A DNA stretch of 64,000 nucleotides from Candidatus Latescibacterota bacterium (GTDB taxonomy: Bacteria; Latescibacterota; UBA2968; UBA8231), in NCBI GenBank assembly GCA_965197905.1, contig CBDAOB010000005.1:448001-512000 (forward strand), given 5' to 3'. This document shows, one piece after another, positions 19,109 to 27,802 of this stretch (position 1 is its first letter; each line of letters begins with the position of its first letter). The position numbers were made by a program, and so were the translations under genes. The notes below the pieces were generated by a model, which was given only the letters and a program-made list of their open reading frames with translations, was not told where the DNA came from and made no database searches.

Positions 19109-20570
19109 TCAGTACCTGATGACGAACTCGGTGCCATCCTTTCGATTCAGTTCCACAGTCCCCTTTAGCTGACCCACCAACGTATTCACCAGCCTCAAAC
19201 CCAAGGTTTGCACATTGCCGAAATCTATTTCGCCTTGAATGCCGATGCCATCATCACCGACTGTCAAAACGAAACCACCCGATTCCGATCGGTTCAGCGA
19301 GATGGCAACGGTACCCTTTCCCGACTCGGGGAAGGCGTATTTCAGGGAATTGGAAACGAGTTCGTTGACGATGAGGCCGAGGGGGATCGCTTTGTCGATG
19401 TCGAGAGGTGGGGCTTCCACGTCGATGCCGAGGGCGACTTGATCGGCCACGACACCGTAAGAGTCGAATAGATTTTCCGTCAGGTTGCTCATGTATTCCG
19501 CGAAATCGACCCGGGCAAGATCGGCTGATTTGTAGAGTTCCTCGTGAATGAGGGACATGGATTCGATTCGGTGTTGGCTGTCGCTGAACACGTTCATCGA
19601 TTTTGCATCACCCAACTCCTGCGACTGCAGATGCAGCAAGCTGGAAATGATTTGTAGATTGTTCTTTACCCGATGGTGGATCTCCTTGAGTAGGACTTCC
19701 TTTTCCGACAGCGAAGCCTGAATCCGTTGCTCTCCAAGCTTGCGTTCGGTGATGTCCTGAACAACCATCTGGATCATGCCCACCCTGTTGACGAGTTCGT
19801 CCTCGGGCGTTTCGAAGATCGGAAACAACGAAGAGGATGCCCACTGAAATTCTCCCGATTGATTGCGCCAGCGATATTGCAGGTCGCGCACTATCGGTTT
19901 CTTGCGGAATTGTAAGAACTCCTCGAGCGCGGTGATGTCATCCTCGTGCACGATAACCGCAGTTCGAGAACGGAACTTCGATCGTCTCGAGACCGGCTCT
20001 GATTGCCTCCAATACCTTCAGGATGTCGTCGGCGTGAACCATGCTCCAGATCGCTTCCCGGACCTGATGAAGCGCCTGGTTTTTGCGCGCCAGGTACTTC
20101 CGTTCGGTGATATCCCGGGCGACTCCGTGGGTTCCCACAAAGTCCTCGCCCTTGTAGAGACCGCTTGCGCTGAGCGCGAAATGGCGAATGTCCAGCTCGA
20201 CGTCGCGCGTGTCTCCCCCGGAGGATCGGAGGCGGACCTCCAGCCGCTTCGTCGCGCGCTCGCCTGTACGCCGCTCGTGAAACGACCGGCCGACGCTATC
20301 GATGTCGTCGGGATGCAGGACCTCTGAGAAATGACGGCCGACGATCTGCCCCGATTCGTATCCCAGGAGGTTTTCCACTTCTCTGTTGGCAAAGGTGAAT
20401 CTACCGTCCTTGTCCAGGACATAGATGAAATCCGAGCTGCCCTCGACCAAAGCTCGATACTTTGCCTCGGAGATAACCAGGTCGTGGTCTTCGCTCGTGT
20501 CGATGCGTTCCCGCAACTGGGTAATCTCGGCAACCAGCTCTGATCGGTCGGCCTTTTCCAGGTCGTTCAT
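19109..20570 (-). pseudogene. PAS/(GAF)/PAS HisKA_2-type histidine kinase, broken at about 19950
   Basis: N-terminal part has a complete PAS domain then stops; C-terminal part begins mid-PAS (VHEDD) and has EIHHRVKNNLQ, NELVSNSLKYAF, DDGIG, LGL. Confidence 0.8.
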
Positions 20571-20689
20571 GAATTGCGGTCTGAGGTAAACAGAATAGCT
20601 GAGGCGTATCGCCGCTGTGGGTCGGGAACAAATATAGCCAATTAGGGCCACATCAGCCGACGGGATTCGGGGTATTGAGTCAAAAAGCG

Positions 20690-22066
20690 TTACCGATTTT
20701 TGGACAAAATCGAATCAGTCCATCCTTCCAGCCGGCCAACATCGGAGGCCAAGTGCAGCACAGTGTACCTCTCCCGAATGTCCTTGCCGTGCAGCAGGGC
20801 GTGGCGCGCAAGAGTAGGGCTTACCCCGATTTCACCAAATGACACCGGACATTTCGCCGCTTCTAGCCGATCGCGAATTGGCCCAACGGTCGGTAGTCGT
20901 TTTCGCAACTGTTCGGAGATCTCTGGCCAAAGCCGCTTTATCTGTCCTAACCTATCTCGCAACCCCTCGCTCGAATCGTTCATTGTCTCCGAACCGGTAG
21001 AGAAACGGTCGACAATGGGTCCGAGCCGCTGCCTGACCGTCTGGAAATAGTCTGCGTCGGATGGGTGGGCGACGATGCACCGCTCGATATCGAGGTCATC
21101 GCTGTCGAAATCCAGACATCGCTTGTATAGCTCCAAGGTGGCGAGGGTGCCAACTCCCACCTGGCATCCATGGAGTTCCCTTCGAACACCTGCCTGAAGA
21201 CAGATCATGTCGAGAAGGTGACTTATGAGATGCTCGGCGCCGCTCAAGGGTGCCGACGACGCGACCGCGGTCATGGCCAACCCCGAAATGCACAGGGCGG
21301 TGAACAGTTGGCAGACCGCGGAGCTGTTACGGTTAGCGAGGCCCGACTCGATTCCATCCAAGTGCCGCCAGCTCGCAGCAATCAAACCATCCGCTTCCGT
21401 GGCATGCGGCGCCCCGGTAACCAAGTGGGCCAGCAGGCAATCGGCTTGGCTTACAGGTCGAGACATAAGGTCGGCGAACCCTGCGGCGATCATCCTCGCG
21501 GGGGCCGCGGTTAAAATCTCCGGATCGGCGAGGCAGGCTATCGGGGGCCGGGAGGGCCTGGAGACCTTGCACCCGTCATGAATCAGTGAGGTTACGGACG
21601 AAGTATATCCGTTCATCGACGGCGCCGTGGCTACCACGGCGTATGGGATGTCGGTGTTGAACGAGGCCAGTTTGGCGACGTCGTTGACCGTTCCACTACC
21701 GACCGCAACGACGGCGGTTGCTCCGTCCGATCGAATGCGCGCTTCCAACACGTCGACCTGCGCCTGATCCGCCACTGGCGCGTCGTTTCCACCGGGGGCA
21801 TCCGCGATGAGGAACGGTTCCACATCGCAATCCAAATTCCTGTGAATCGCCATCGCCACAACCGCAGATGTGGTGCGGTCGGAGGCCACGATCCAGTTCC
21901 CCGAAGGTAGGATTGCGCGGAGAATCGCCGGTGCCCGCGACGCCAGCTCGAACTCCAGGGCGATATGCTCAACCCCCATGGACCGGGCGGCCGCACTGAG
22001 ACTATTTGGTAACACAGAATCTGCCATGGAGTGATGAATATCGTCGCTCGGTTTGGACGGCGACAA
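20690..22066 (-). CDS. sn-glycerol-1-phosphate dehydrogenase (EgsA/AraM) family
   Basis: AVGSGTVNDVAK, TAPSMNGYTS, AGFAD, SGAEHLISH, HGCQVG; start 22066 or 22027. Confidence 0.8.
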   Translation of the reverse strand: MSPSKPSDDIHHSMADSVLPNSLSAAARSMGVEHIALEFELASRAPAILRAILPSGNWIVASDRTTSAVVAMAIHRNLDCDVEPFLIADAPGGNDAPVADQAQVDVLEARIRSDGATAVVAVGSGTVNDVAKLASFNTDIPYAVVATAPSMNGYTSSVTSLIHDGCKVSRPSRPPIACLADPEILTAAPARMIAAGFADLMSRPVSQADCLLAHLVTGAPHATEADGLIAASWRHLDGIESGLANRNSSAVCQLFTALCISGLAMTAVASSAPLSGAEHLISHLLDMICLQAGVRRELHGCQVGVGTLATLELYKRCLDFDSDDLDIERCIVAHPSDADYFQTVRQRLGPIVDRFSTGSETMNDSSEGLRDRLGQIKRLWPEISEQLRKRLPTVGPIRDRLEAAKCPVSFGEIGVSPTLARHALLHGKDIRERYTVLHLASDVGRLEGWTDSILSKNR

Positions 22067-22168
22067 TGCTCCTTCACTCCCGTCGTGTCAAGGAGGTGTT
22101 GCGATGGTGCGGGGGTACCTATCGGGGATTAGTCGAAGTCTCGTGCTTGATGAACGTGGTGATCCAGC

Positions 22169-22396
22169 TCAAAGTGCTAGATTTAAATAGGTGCCCACCG
22201 AACCACGGATTCGGTGGGCACCGGTGCCGTCATAGATGTTTGTATCGACGGCGTCGAGCAGGTCGAACGCCTGGCGCTTCTGCTGGTCGAGCGCCTTCTT
22301 GACGGCAGTTACCGACAGCTCGTTGTCAATGCGCGTGCGGCTGAGAGCAGCAGCCTGTTCGGCGATCAAGAATGTGAGATCGCTAATGGAGTCCAT
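22169..22396 (-). CDS. YjfB-like putative motility protein
   Basis: 75 aa; SVTAVKKALDQQK..A..LL...VG..LN pattern. Confidence 0.6.
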   Translation of the reverse strand: MDSISDLTFLIAEQAAALSRTRIDNELSVTAVKKALDQQKRQAFDLLDAVDTNIYDGTGAHRIRGSVGTYLNLAL

Positions 22397-22995
22397 CTTC
22401 TCTGGTTAGGGCTTTCTTGATCAGGGCCCAGGAACTGTTTTGCTCTACAGCCGTCACGCGATCTACCTCGATGATCAGGTTCTCTCCAATTAGAAATGGC
22501 CGTTCTGAATTGTCCGTAGCGGATACCAACCGGGACTCGAATACCGGGTTGCTGAAGACATTTATTTTTCCCTCGCTGATTGCACCGGTGCAGCGAAGTT
22601 TGAAGGTCGCGAGAGTGCCGGATCCGGTGCGGGCTCGATTTCCGGCGGGGCCCGATACGGCCGCGTATTGGATTATCTCGAGGTTGTTTGGAAGACCGGG
22701 AATTGACGGCATCACCTGATTGGCGATGACCGCTGCATTCTCGAAGAAGTTGCCCAGGTTTAAACGGCGTGACGTCAACAGTGCTTTGGAGCCCGCTGTG
22801 AACGACCTCGAAAGCGCCGTGAGGGAGTCCTATATACAACGAGAAACCGGACGACGCCGAAAATCGGCCGAACTGAGCATCGACGGCTATATCGATCGTT
22901 TCTCCGATCCGGGCGCTTACGGTCCTGCTGCCCGAGTTTCGTTCGCTTAGCTGAACCGTCTGGGCGGCAAATGCGAAGTTCCAAGCCATGGACAT
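22383..22995 (-). pseudogene. Cohesin-like beta-sandwich protein with TAVE...SWALIK tail, frameshifted near 22754
   Basis: AGGAGG RBS; removing one G from cctGGGcaac joins PFKPG to NFFENA; TGSGTLATFKL cohesin-like strand. Confidence 0.6.
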
Positions 22996-23011
22996 CTTCC
23001 TCCTACTCCAT

Positions 23012-23038
23012 GTATCGGCAGATTTCCTTGAGGCTTTA
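23012..23038 (-). promoter_or_regulatory. Sigma-28 (FliA/SigD)-type promoter
   Basis: TAAA-N15-GCCGATAC on the minus strand, immediately before the AGGAGG RBS and ATG 22995. Confidence 0.7.
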
Positions 23039-23127
23039 GTCTTTTCTTCAGAAATTCGAAAAAAAATTGGTGGGGAGATGGCTGAACCTGTATCGGTGAG
23101 GTTTTGGGTGCGACAGGCAGGTACCAC

Positions 23128-23161
23128 AAAAAAACGGGCATTTCGCGAAACGAAATGCCCG
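23128..23161 (-). terminator. Intrinsic terminator of the exbB-exbD-exbD operon
   Basis: 11-bp stem CGGGCATTTCG/CGAAATGCCCG, 5-nt loop, followed by T7 on the minus strand. Confidence 0.85.
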
Positions 23162-23193
23162 CCGTGAAACGAGATGAAGGTGTGACAGTGTAA

Positions 23194-23601
23194 CTACTCT
23201 TTCAGCTCCTCTGACTGCAAGACCACCTTTTCAATCCGGAGTCTCTTGGCAATCTCCATGGTTTCCAGCACCGGTCCATGCCGGGTCTCTTTGTCCGTGC
23301 GGATGATCAAGGTCATGCTGCGGGTGTCCTGCTTTTGTTGCGAGAGAACCCCGTGAAGCTCGGCGAGCGTGACCAGGTGTCGATTGATCTCCATCTGACC
23401 CGACTTATCGATGCTTGCGACCAGCTTCTTTTCCTCGACGATTACCGCCTGTTTTGCCTCGGGCAGCTCAACCTGCAGGCTGTGCGGCTCCTTGAACACC
23501 GTAGTAACCATAAAGAATATGATCAACAGGAACACACAGTCGATCATCGGCGTCAGGTCGAGCCCGGTGCTCTCCGTTTCTAGGGATGTCCGCCTTGCCA
23601 T
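23194..23601 (-). CDS. exbD: ExbD/TolR family protein
   Basis: DLTPMIDCVFLLIIFFMVTT, V.LP, IRTDK. Confidence 0.9.
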   Translation of the reverse strand: MARRTSLETESTGLDLTPMIDCVFLLIIFFMVTTVFKEPHSLQVELPEAKQAVIVEEKKLVASIDKSGQMEINRHLVTLAELHGVLSQQKQDTRSMTLIIRTDKETRHGPVLETMEIAKRLRIEKVVLQSEELKE

Positions 23602-24032
23602 TACAGGGCACCTCCGCCTTCCTGCTCTTTGGCAAACGCAATTCCGACGACGTTTGCTTCCTTGGCAGCGTCAACGATGAGAACAACATACTTCTGAGCA
23701 CAATCAGGATTGGCTTGGATAATGATGTTCTCGTTGTTCGCGTCGACCATCGCTTTTTTCAACCGTCCCACCAGTTCCGGGGGACTTACATCCTCGCCGC
23801 CGATCTGGATCTTGCCGTCCTGGGCCACGTGAATGTTGATGTCCTTCTTCTTTTCCTGCTCGGTCGCCTCGCTCTGCGCGGGCAAATCCACGTCCAGACC
23901 CTTGGCGTGCAGAAAGACCGTGGTGACCATGAAGAATATGAGAAGCAGGAAGACACAGTCGATCAGCGGGGTGAGGTCATTGCCCTCGTCTCCGCCGAAA
24001 TTCTCCCGTGTTCGACGATGCAGGAGCGACAT
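23601..24032 (-). CDS. exbD: ExbD/TolR family protein
   Basis: DLTPLIDCVFLLLIFFMVTT, VDLP; 1-nt overlaps with both neighbours. Confidence 0.9.
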   Translation of the reverse strand: MSLLHRRTRENFGGDEGNDLTPLIDCVFLLLIFFMVTTVFLHAKGLDVDLPAQSEATEQEKKKDINIHVAQDGKIQIGGEDVSPPELVGRLKKAMVDANNENIIIQANPDCAQKYVVLIVDAAKEANVVGIAFAKEQEGGGAL

Positions 24033-24778
24033 CAGCTTGCCTCAGAGCGATCCATCTGATTTTGGCCGGCGACCAGCAAGGCATTCGCGAATGCATGGCC
24101 ATACACTTCGAGCCGACCCCGCAATCCATCGGCGCGCCGGGCGAAATAGCGGTACGCAACGATGGCGGGAATAGCTATGGAAAGTCCGGTAGCAGTGGTT
24201 ACGAGCGCCTGAGAAATACCTCCCGCGACGACCTTCGGATCGCCGGTTCCCGCGACTGCGATAGCCTCGAAAGCGGTGATCATACCGAGGATCGTTCCAA
24301 GCAGGCCCAGCAGTGGTGCTATATTGCCGATGGTGTTTAACAGCACCAGCGATTTGCCGAGATAAGATTTCCCGGCCTCTTCGGTTTCGAGGACCAACTC
24401 CTCTTTCATGTCCGACAGTTCTTTCTGCTGGATCATGAAGTTTCCCAGACTGCCCGCGCCAGCCTTCTCGGCCATCTGCGCTAGCCGCTCGTTGGTATCC
24501 TTGAATTCGCGAAGCTCAATCATCAGCGTGTCGAAACGCTTCAGCAGCGAAGCGAAAACGAAGTTGAGCGGTCCCTCGTTGGTGTTACAATGCTGGGCGG
24601 CGGCAACCTCTCCTTCGCTGAGAAGAATTCGTTCGGCCGCTTCAAACTCGGCCTGCGCAGTGTCGTCGTCCGGCACCTTCCCGAGCACCACGAACCGCTC
24701 AATGATGAAGGCGAGCCCCAAGATCGCGCATATCCCAAGGGGAATCATCAAAATACCGCCAGAATATAGAGTTTCCAT
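24032..24778 (-). CDS. exbB: MotA/TolQ/ExbB proton channel protein
   Basis: GG.LM.PL, IIER, APLLGLLGTILGMITAF, AGGISQALVTTATGL.IAIP. Confidence 0.92.
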   Translation of the reverse strand: METLYSGGILMIPLGICAILGLAFIIERFVVLGKVPDDDTAQAEFEAAERILLSEGEVAAAQHCNTNEGPLNFVFASLLKRFDTLMIELREFKDTNERLAQMAEKAGAGSLGNFMIQQKELSDMKEELVLETEEAGKSYLGKSLVLLNTIGNIAPLLGLLGTILGMITAFEAIAVAGTGDPKVVAGGISQALVTTATGLSIAIPAIVAYRYFARRADGLRGRLEVYGHAFANALLVAGQNQMDRSEAS

Positions 24779-24937
24779 GCAGCCACTCCTTCTTGGAGAA
24801 AAGGTCCAAACTCACCGTCAAAATTATCGTCGACAATTTAACAAAAGGCGCTGCAGAACCCAAGGATTTTTCGTCCTCGCTCGGGAAAAGCAGCGTTGCT
24901 TCTTTCCCGCCCACCAAGATTCCACAAATCGCCGTAG

Positions 24938-24966
24938 AGTATAAACTCGCACAGGTCCATGGTCAA
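24938..24966 (-). promoter_or_regulatory. Sigma-70-like promoter for the exbB operon
   Basis: TTGACC-N17-TATACT on the minus strand. Confidence 0.65.
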
Positions 24967-25263
24967 CCACAAATATGATGCTTGACAACCGTGGTCTTCA
25001 GGGCGAGTACTTCGGAACGAAAATCACGTGAAAATACGTCCGCGGGGAACAAAATCCTTGACAAAGGCTGAGTATCTTAGCACTCTATCCGTGATAAAGC
25101 CCCTCATGTATCTGAGTACATGTAAGCGGATGTGGACCAGTCGTTTTTGCTGTTTGCGTATGTGGTTGTTAATAAACGTGTTAGGATTGGGCAGACGGGA
25201 GCCGAAGTGGCGTTGACGAAAGAATTGCCGGAGTTTCTTCACCAACGTTGTTTTCGAACGGCG

Positions 25264-25704
25264 ATGATGCTCGTGTCGGTGTTTGTGATCGTCCCTTCGG
25301 CGGCGCGAGCGGAATCCAAGACCGACCTCGATCTCAGCTATACCCTAGGTCGGACCAGAGCCCAATTGGAAGAACATTTCGGCGACGCCGACATTTTCAT
25401 CCAAAAGACCGGTGATATGAGCACTATCCAATGGAAGTATATCGAAGGGACGTGGATATTCATTATATTGAAGGACGGCAGGTCGACTTACGTTACCTAC
25501 ACCTTCAAAGAGATGGATCCGTTCGATCAAGATGAGGCCTTCCAGGCCCTTGGTATCGGCGCTCCAAAATCCCTCGATTGGGAGTGGGAGAACGACGCCA
25601 AACGTTGGAAGCCGTTTGGCAAATACGAGAAGCTCGTGGTCAATCCGAAAACACAAGCAGTAACCGTAGGCCGCACGCATCCTTACATCGACGCCGGTAG
25701 GTGA
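25264..25704 (+). CDS. Hypothetical secreted protein, first gene of the large operon (start uncertain)
   Basis: Hydrophobic stretch ending AARA; stop 6 nt before the next ATG. Confidence 0.6.
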   Translation: MMLVSVFVIVPSAARAESKTDLDLSYTLGRTRAQLEEHFGDADIFIQKTGDMSTIQWKYIEGTWIFIILKDGRSTYVTYTFKEMDPFDQDEAFQALGIGAPKSLDWEWENDAKRWKPFGKYEKLVVNPKTQAVTVGRTHPYIDAGR

Positions 25705-25710
25705 TATAGA

Positions 25711-27774
25711 ATGGGTAACAGACATTTTGTTGCGCTGATCTTCGTGGCTCTGGCTCTCGTTGCGGTACAGAGGGCCCAGGCTGACGAAATTGTGATCGAT
25801 CAGTGGGAAAACACGGTTTACTACCGCTACTCGATCAATTGCTGTAGTGCAGCAGAAACGCCCGCTGTCCTCAGGGTAACCTCGGTAGACGAGTATGAAC
25901 TTTTTCTCAACGGCGAATCGTTGGGGAGCGACTCCGACTGGACTACCATGGAGGAGTATCAAATTACGTTGGGGCGAAGACGCAATGATTTCGGATTTGT
26001 TGTCCGCAATCGGGGAGACGGGCGGGGTACCGGCCTTCTCCTGGAAATGGTGAGCGAGGAAAATATCTGGATCAGTACGAGCGCCGGTCTGCACGAGCTC
26101 TGGGCGTGGACAGGCGTCGAGCAAGAAGGCGATGACTGGCTGGTTGAGGATTCGTTCGAGTTGTTGAAGCTGGACGAATGGGAACGGGTACAAGCTGGCA
26201 ACCTCGACACCAGCATGGTTGTCGGCCGGACAGATAGTCTGAACGCGGAGGTAGTGGCCGGCTATGTTGGCAACATCGATGGCGCCGCCGGTGGTTTGAC
26301 GTTGCGCAACGTTTTCGGCGAGAACCTCGCCCTGGGCCAGTTGGCGGCCAGGTCCGAGCCATATGATGGTCGTTCGAACACTACATGGAACATCAACGAT
26401 GCCCAGTTAAATGACGGTGCGAGCGTAGACCTCGTCGAGCGCCGGTTAGTGACCGGTGTGCGCGTTTTGACGGAGGGTGTGAACGCCGAGGAATACGCTG
26501 AAAACTCCGTTAAGGGGTATGCCGTTCAAGTCAGCGATGACGGATTCCTGTGGACCGAGGTCGCAGTGATCCAGAACATCGACCAACCGGAACAGTTCGA
26601 GCGCACATCACTCTTTTTTGAGCCGGTTTCCACACGTTTCGTCCGCATTGTAATCGCCCAGGTGCTGCCCCTTACTCGCGCTGGAATCGCCGAGATTCAG
26701 ATCATCGGCGCGGGTCACGCGCTTTCCGGAAGCTATACTTCACCGGCCCACGATCTCGGCCGCGCGGTGCGGAAGAATTTTGGTCAGGTGCAATGGTGGG
26801 GTGACGTTCCCGAGGGAACCACACTGTCGCTGCAATTTCGAAGTGCCGACACGGACGATCCGGATGCCTGGAGTCCGTGGAGTTTTCCATTGTCGGATGC
26901 TGTCGCCGAGCTTGATGTTCCCGAGCCGCGACAATTTGTGCAGTATCGGGTGAGCATGGCTTCGGAGTCGGACCTGATATCACCCCGCCTTGACAGCTTG
27001 AAGTTTGAGTTTACCGACACCTTCCCCGTGTCGAGCTCCATGGCTTCCGTGGAACCCAATCTCGCGGCACTGGGCCGTGACACCACCTTTACCTACACCT
27101 TGGATCTCGATTTCAATGCGGGTGACACCGGTGTGGGAAGGGTTGAGATTGACATGCCTAGCTTGCCTACGGACGTGGACATTACGGCGCCCGTTCAGGT
27201 GTCTGAAACGGTGCTATTCGGAGACAAAATCGAAGTCAATTTCAACGAAGCCTGGAACTCGGACGGTCAGCTTACCATGCAATTCGGCGCCCGGCTATTG
27301 AGCAATGCCTTCACTTTTTCTACGAGGTTGTTCGCTCCCAACTCCGACGAGCCGCTCCACAGCGGAGAGGACACCCGCCTGAACCGGTCATGGACGGTCA
27401 GAGCAGGCGAAGTTCAGGGACCGCTTCTTAGCGGTATAAAGGTTAATCCCTCGGTATTTTCGCCAAATGGCGACACAAGATTTGATGATACGGTTGTTGA
27501 GTTCACACTTTCCCGTGTGAGCGAACCCCAAAATGTCCAAATCAGCATCTTGGATCTCAGCGGCCGGTTAATAAGGGATCTGGATGCCGGTCTATTGACC
27601 GGCGGGCAGTATCTCAGGCCGCCCCGGGGCGTGGCGACGAATGAGCCAGGTTTCTGGAATGGTAAAGACGACGAAGGCAACACGGTTCCCCCCGGAATTT
27701 ATCTAGTTCGCGTAAAGGCAGTGCTCGAACGCGAGGAAGAGGTACGAGTCAGACCGGTGGCGGTTGCATACTGA
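25711..27774 (+). CDS. Secreted protein with discoidin (F5/8C-like) domain and C-terminal FlgD Ig-like domain
   Basis: Signal AQA; ENLALG, DG...T.W, YAVQVSDDG..W, RFVRI, AEIQI; PSVFSPNGD...WNGKDDEG..VPPGIY. Confidence 0.8.
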   Translation: MGNRHFVALIFVALALVAVQRAQADEIVIDQWENTVYYRYSINCCSAAETPAVLRVTSVDEYELFLNGESLGSDSDWTTMEEYQITLGRRRNDFGFVVRNRGDGRGTGLLLEMVSEENIWISTSAGLHELWAWTGVEQEGDDWLVEDSFELLKLDEWERVQAGNLDTSMVVGRTDSLNAEVVAGYVGNIDGAAGGLTLRNVFGENLALGQLAARSEPYDGRSNTTWNINDAQLNDGASVDLVERRLVTGVRVLTEGVNAEEYAENSVKGYAVQVSDDGFLWTEVAVIQNIDQPEQFERTSLFFEPVSTRFVRIVIAQVLPLTRAGIAEIQIIGAGHALSGSYTSPAHDLGRAVRKNFGQVQWWGDVPEGTTLSLQFRSADTDDPDAWSPWSFPLSDAVAELDVPEPRQFVQYRVSMASESDLISPRLDSLKFEFTDTFPVSSSMASVEPNLAALGRDTTFTYTLDLDFNAGDTGVGRVEIDMPSLPTDVDITAPVQVSETVLFGDKIEVNFNEAWNSDGQLTMQFGARLLSNAFTFSTRLFAPNSDEPLHSGEDTRLNRSWTVRAGEVQGPLLSGIKVNPSVFSPNGDTRFDDTVVEFTLSRVSEPQNVQISILDLSGRLIRDLDAGLLTGGQYLRPPRGVATNEPGFWNGKDDEGNTVPPGIYLVRVKAVLEREEEVRVRPVAVAY

Positions 27775-27802
27775 ACAAATGATGGCAATGAAGGAAGGAT
27801 AT

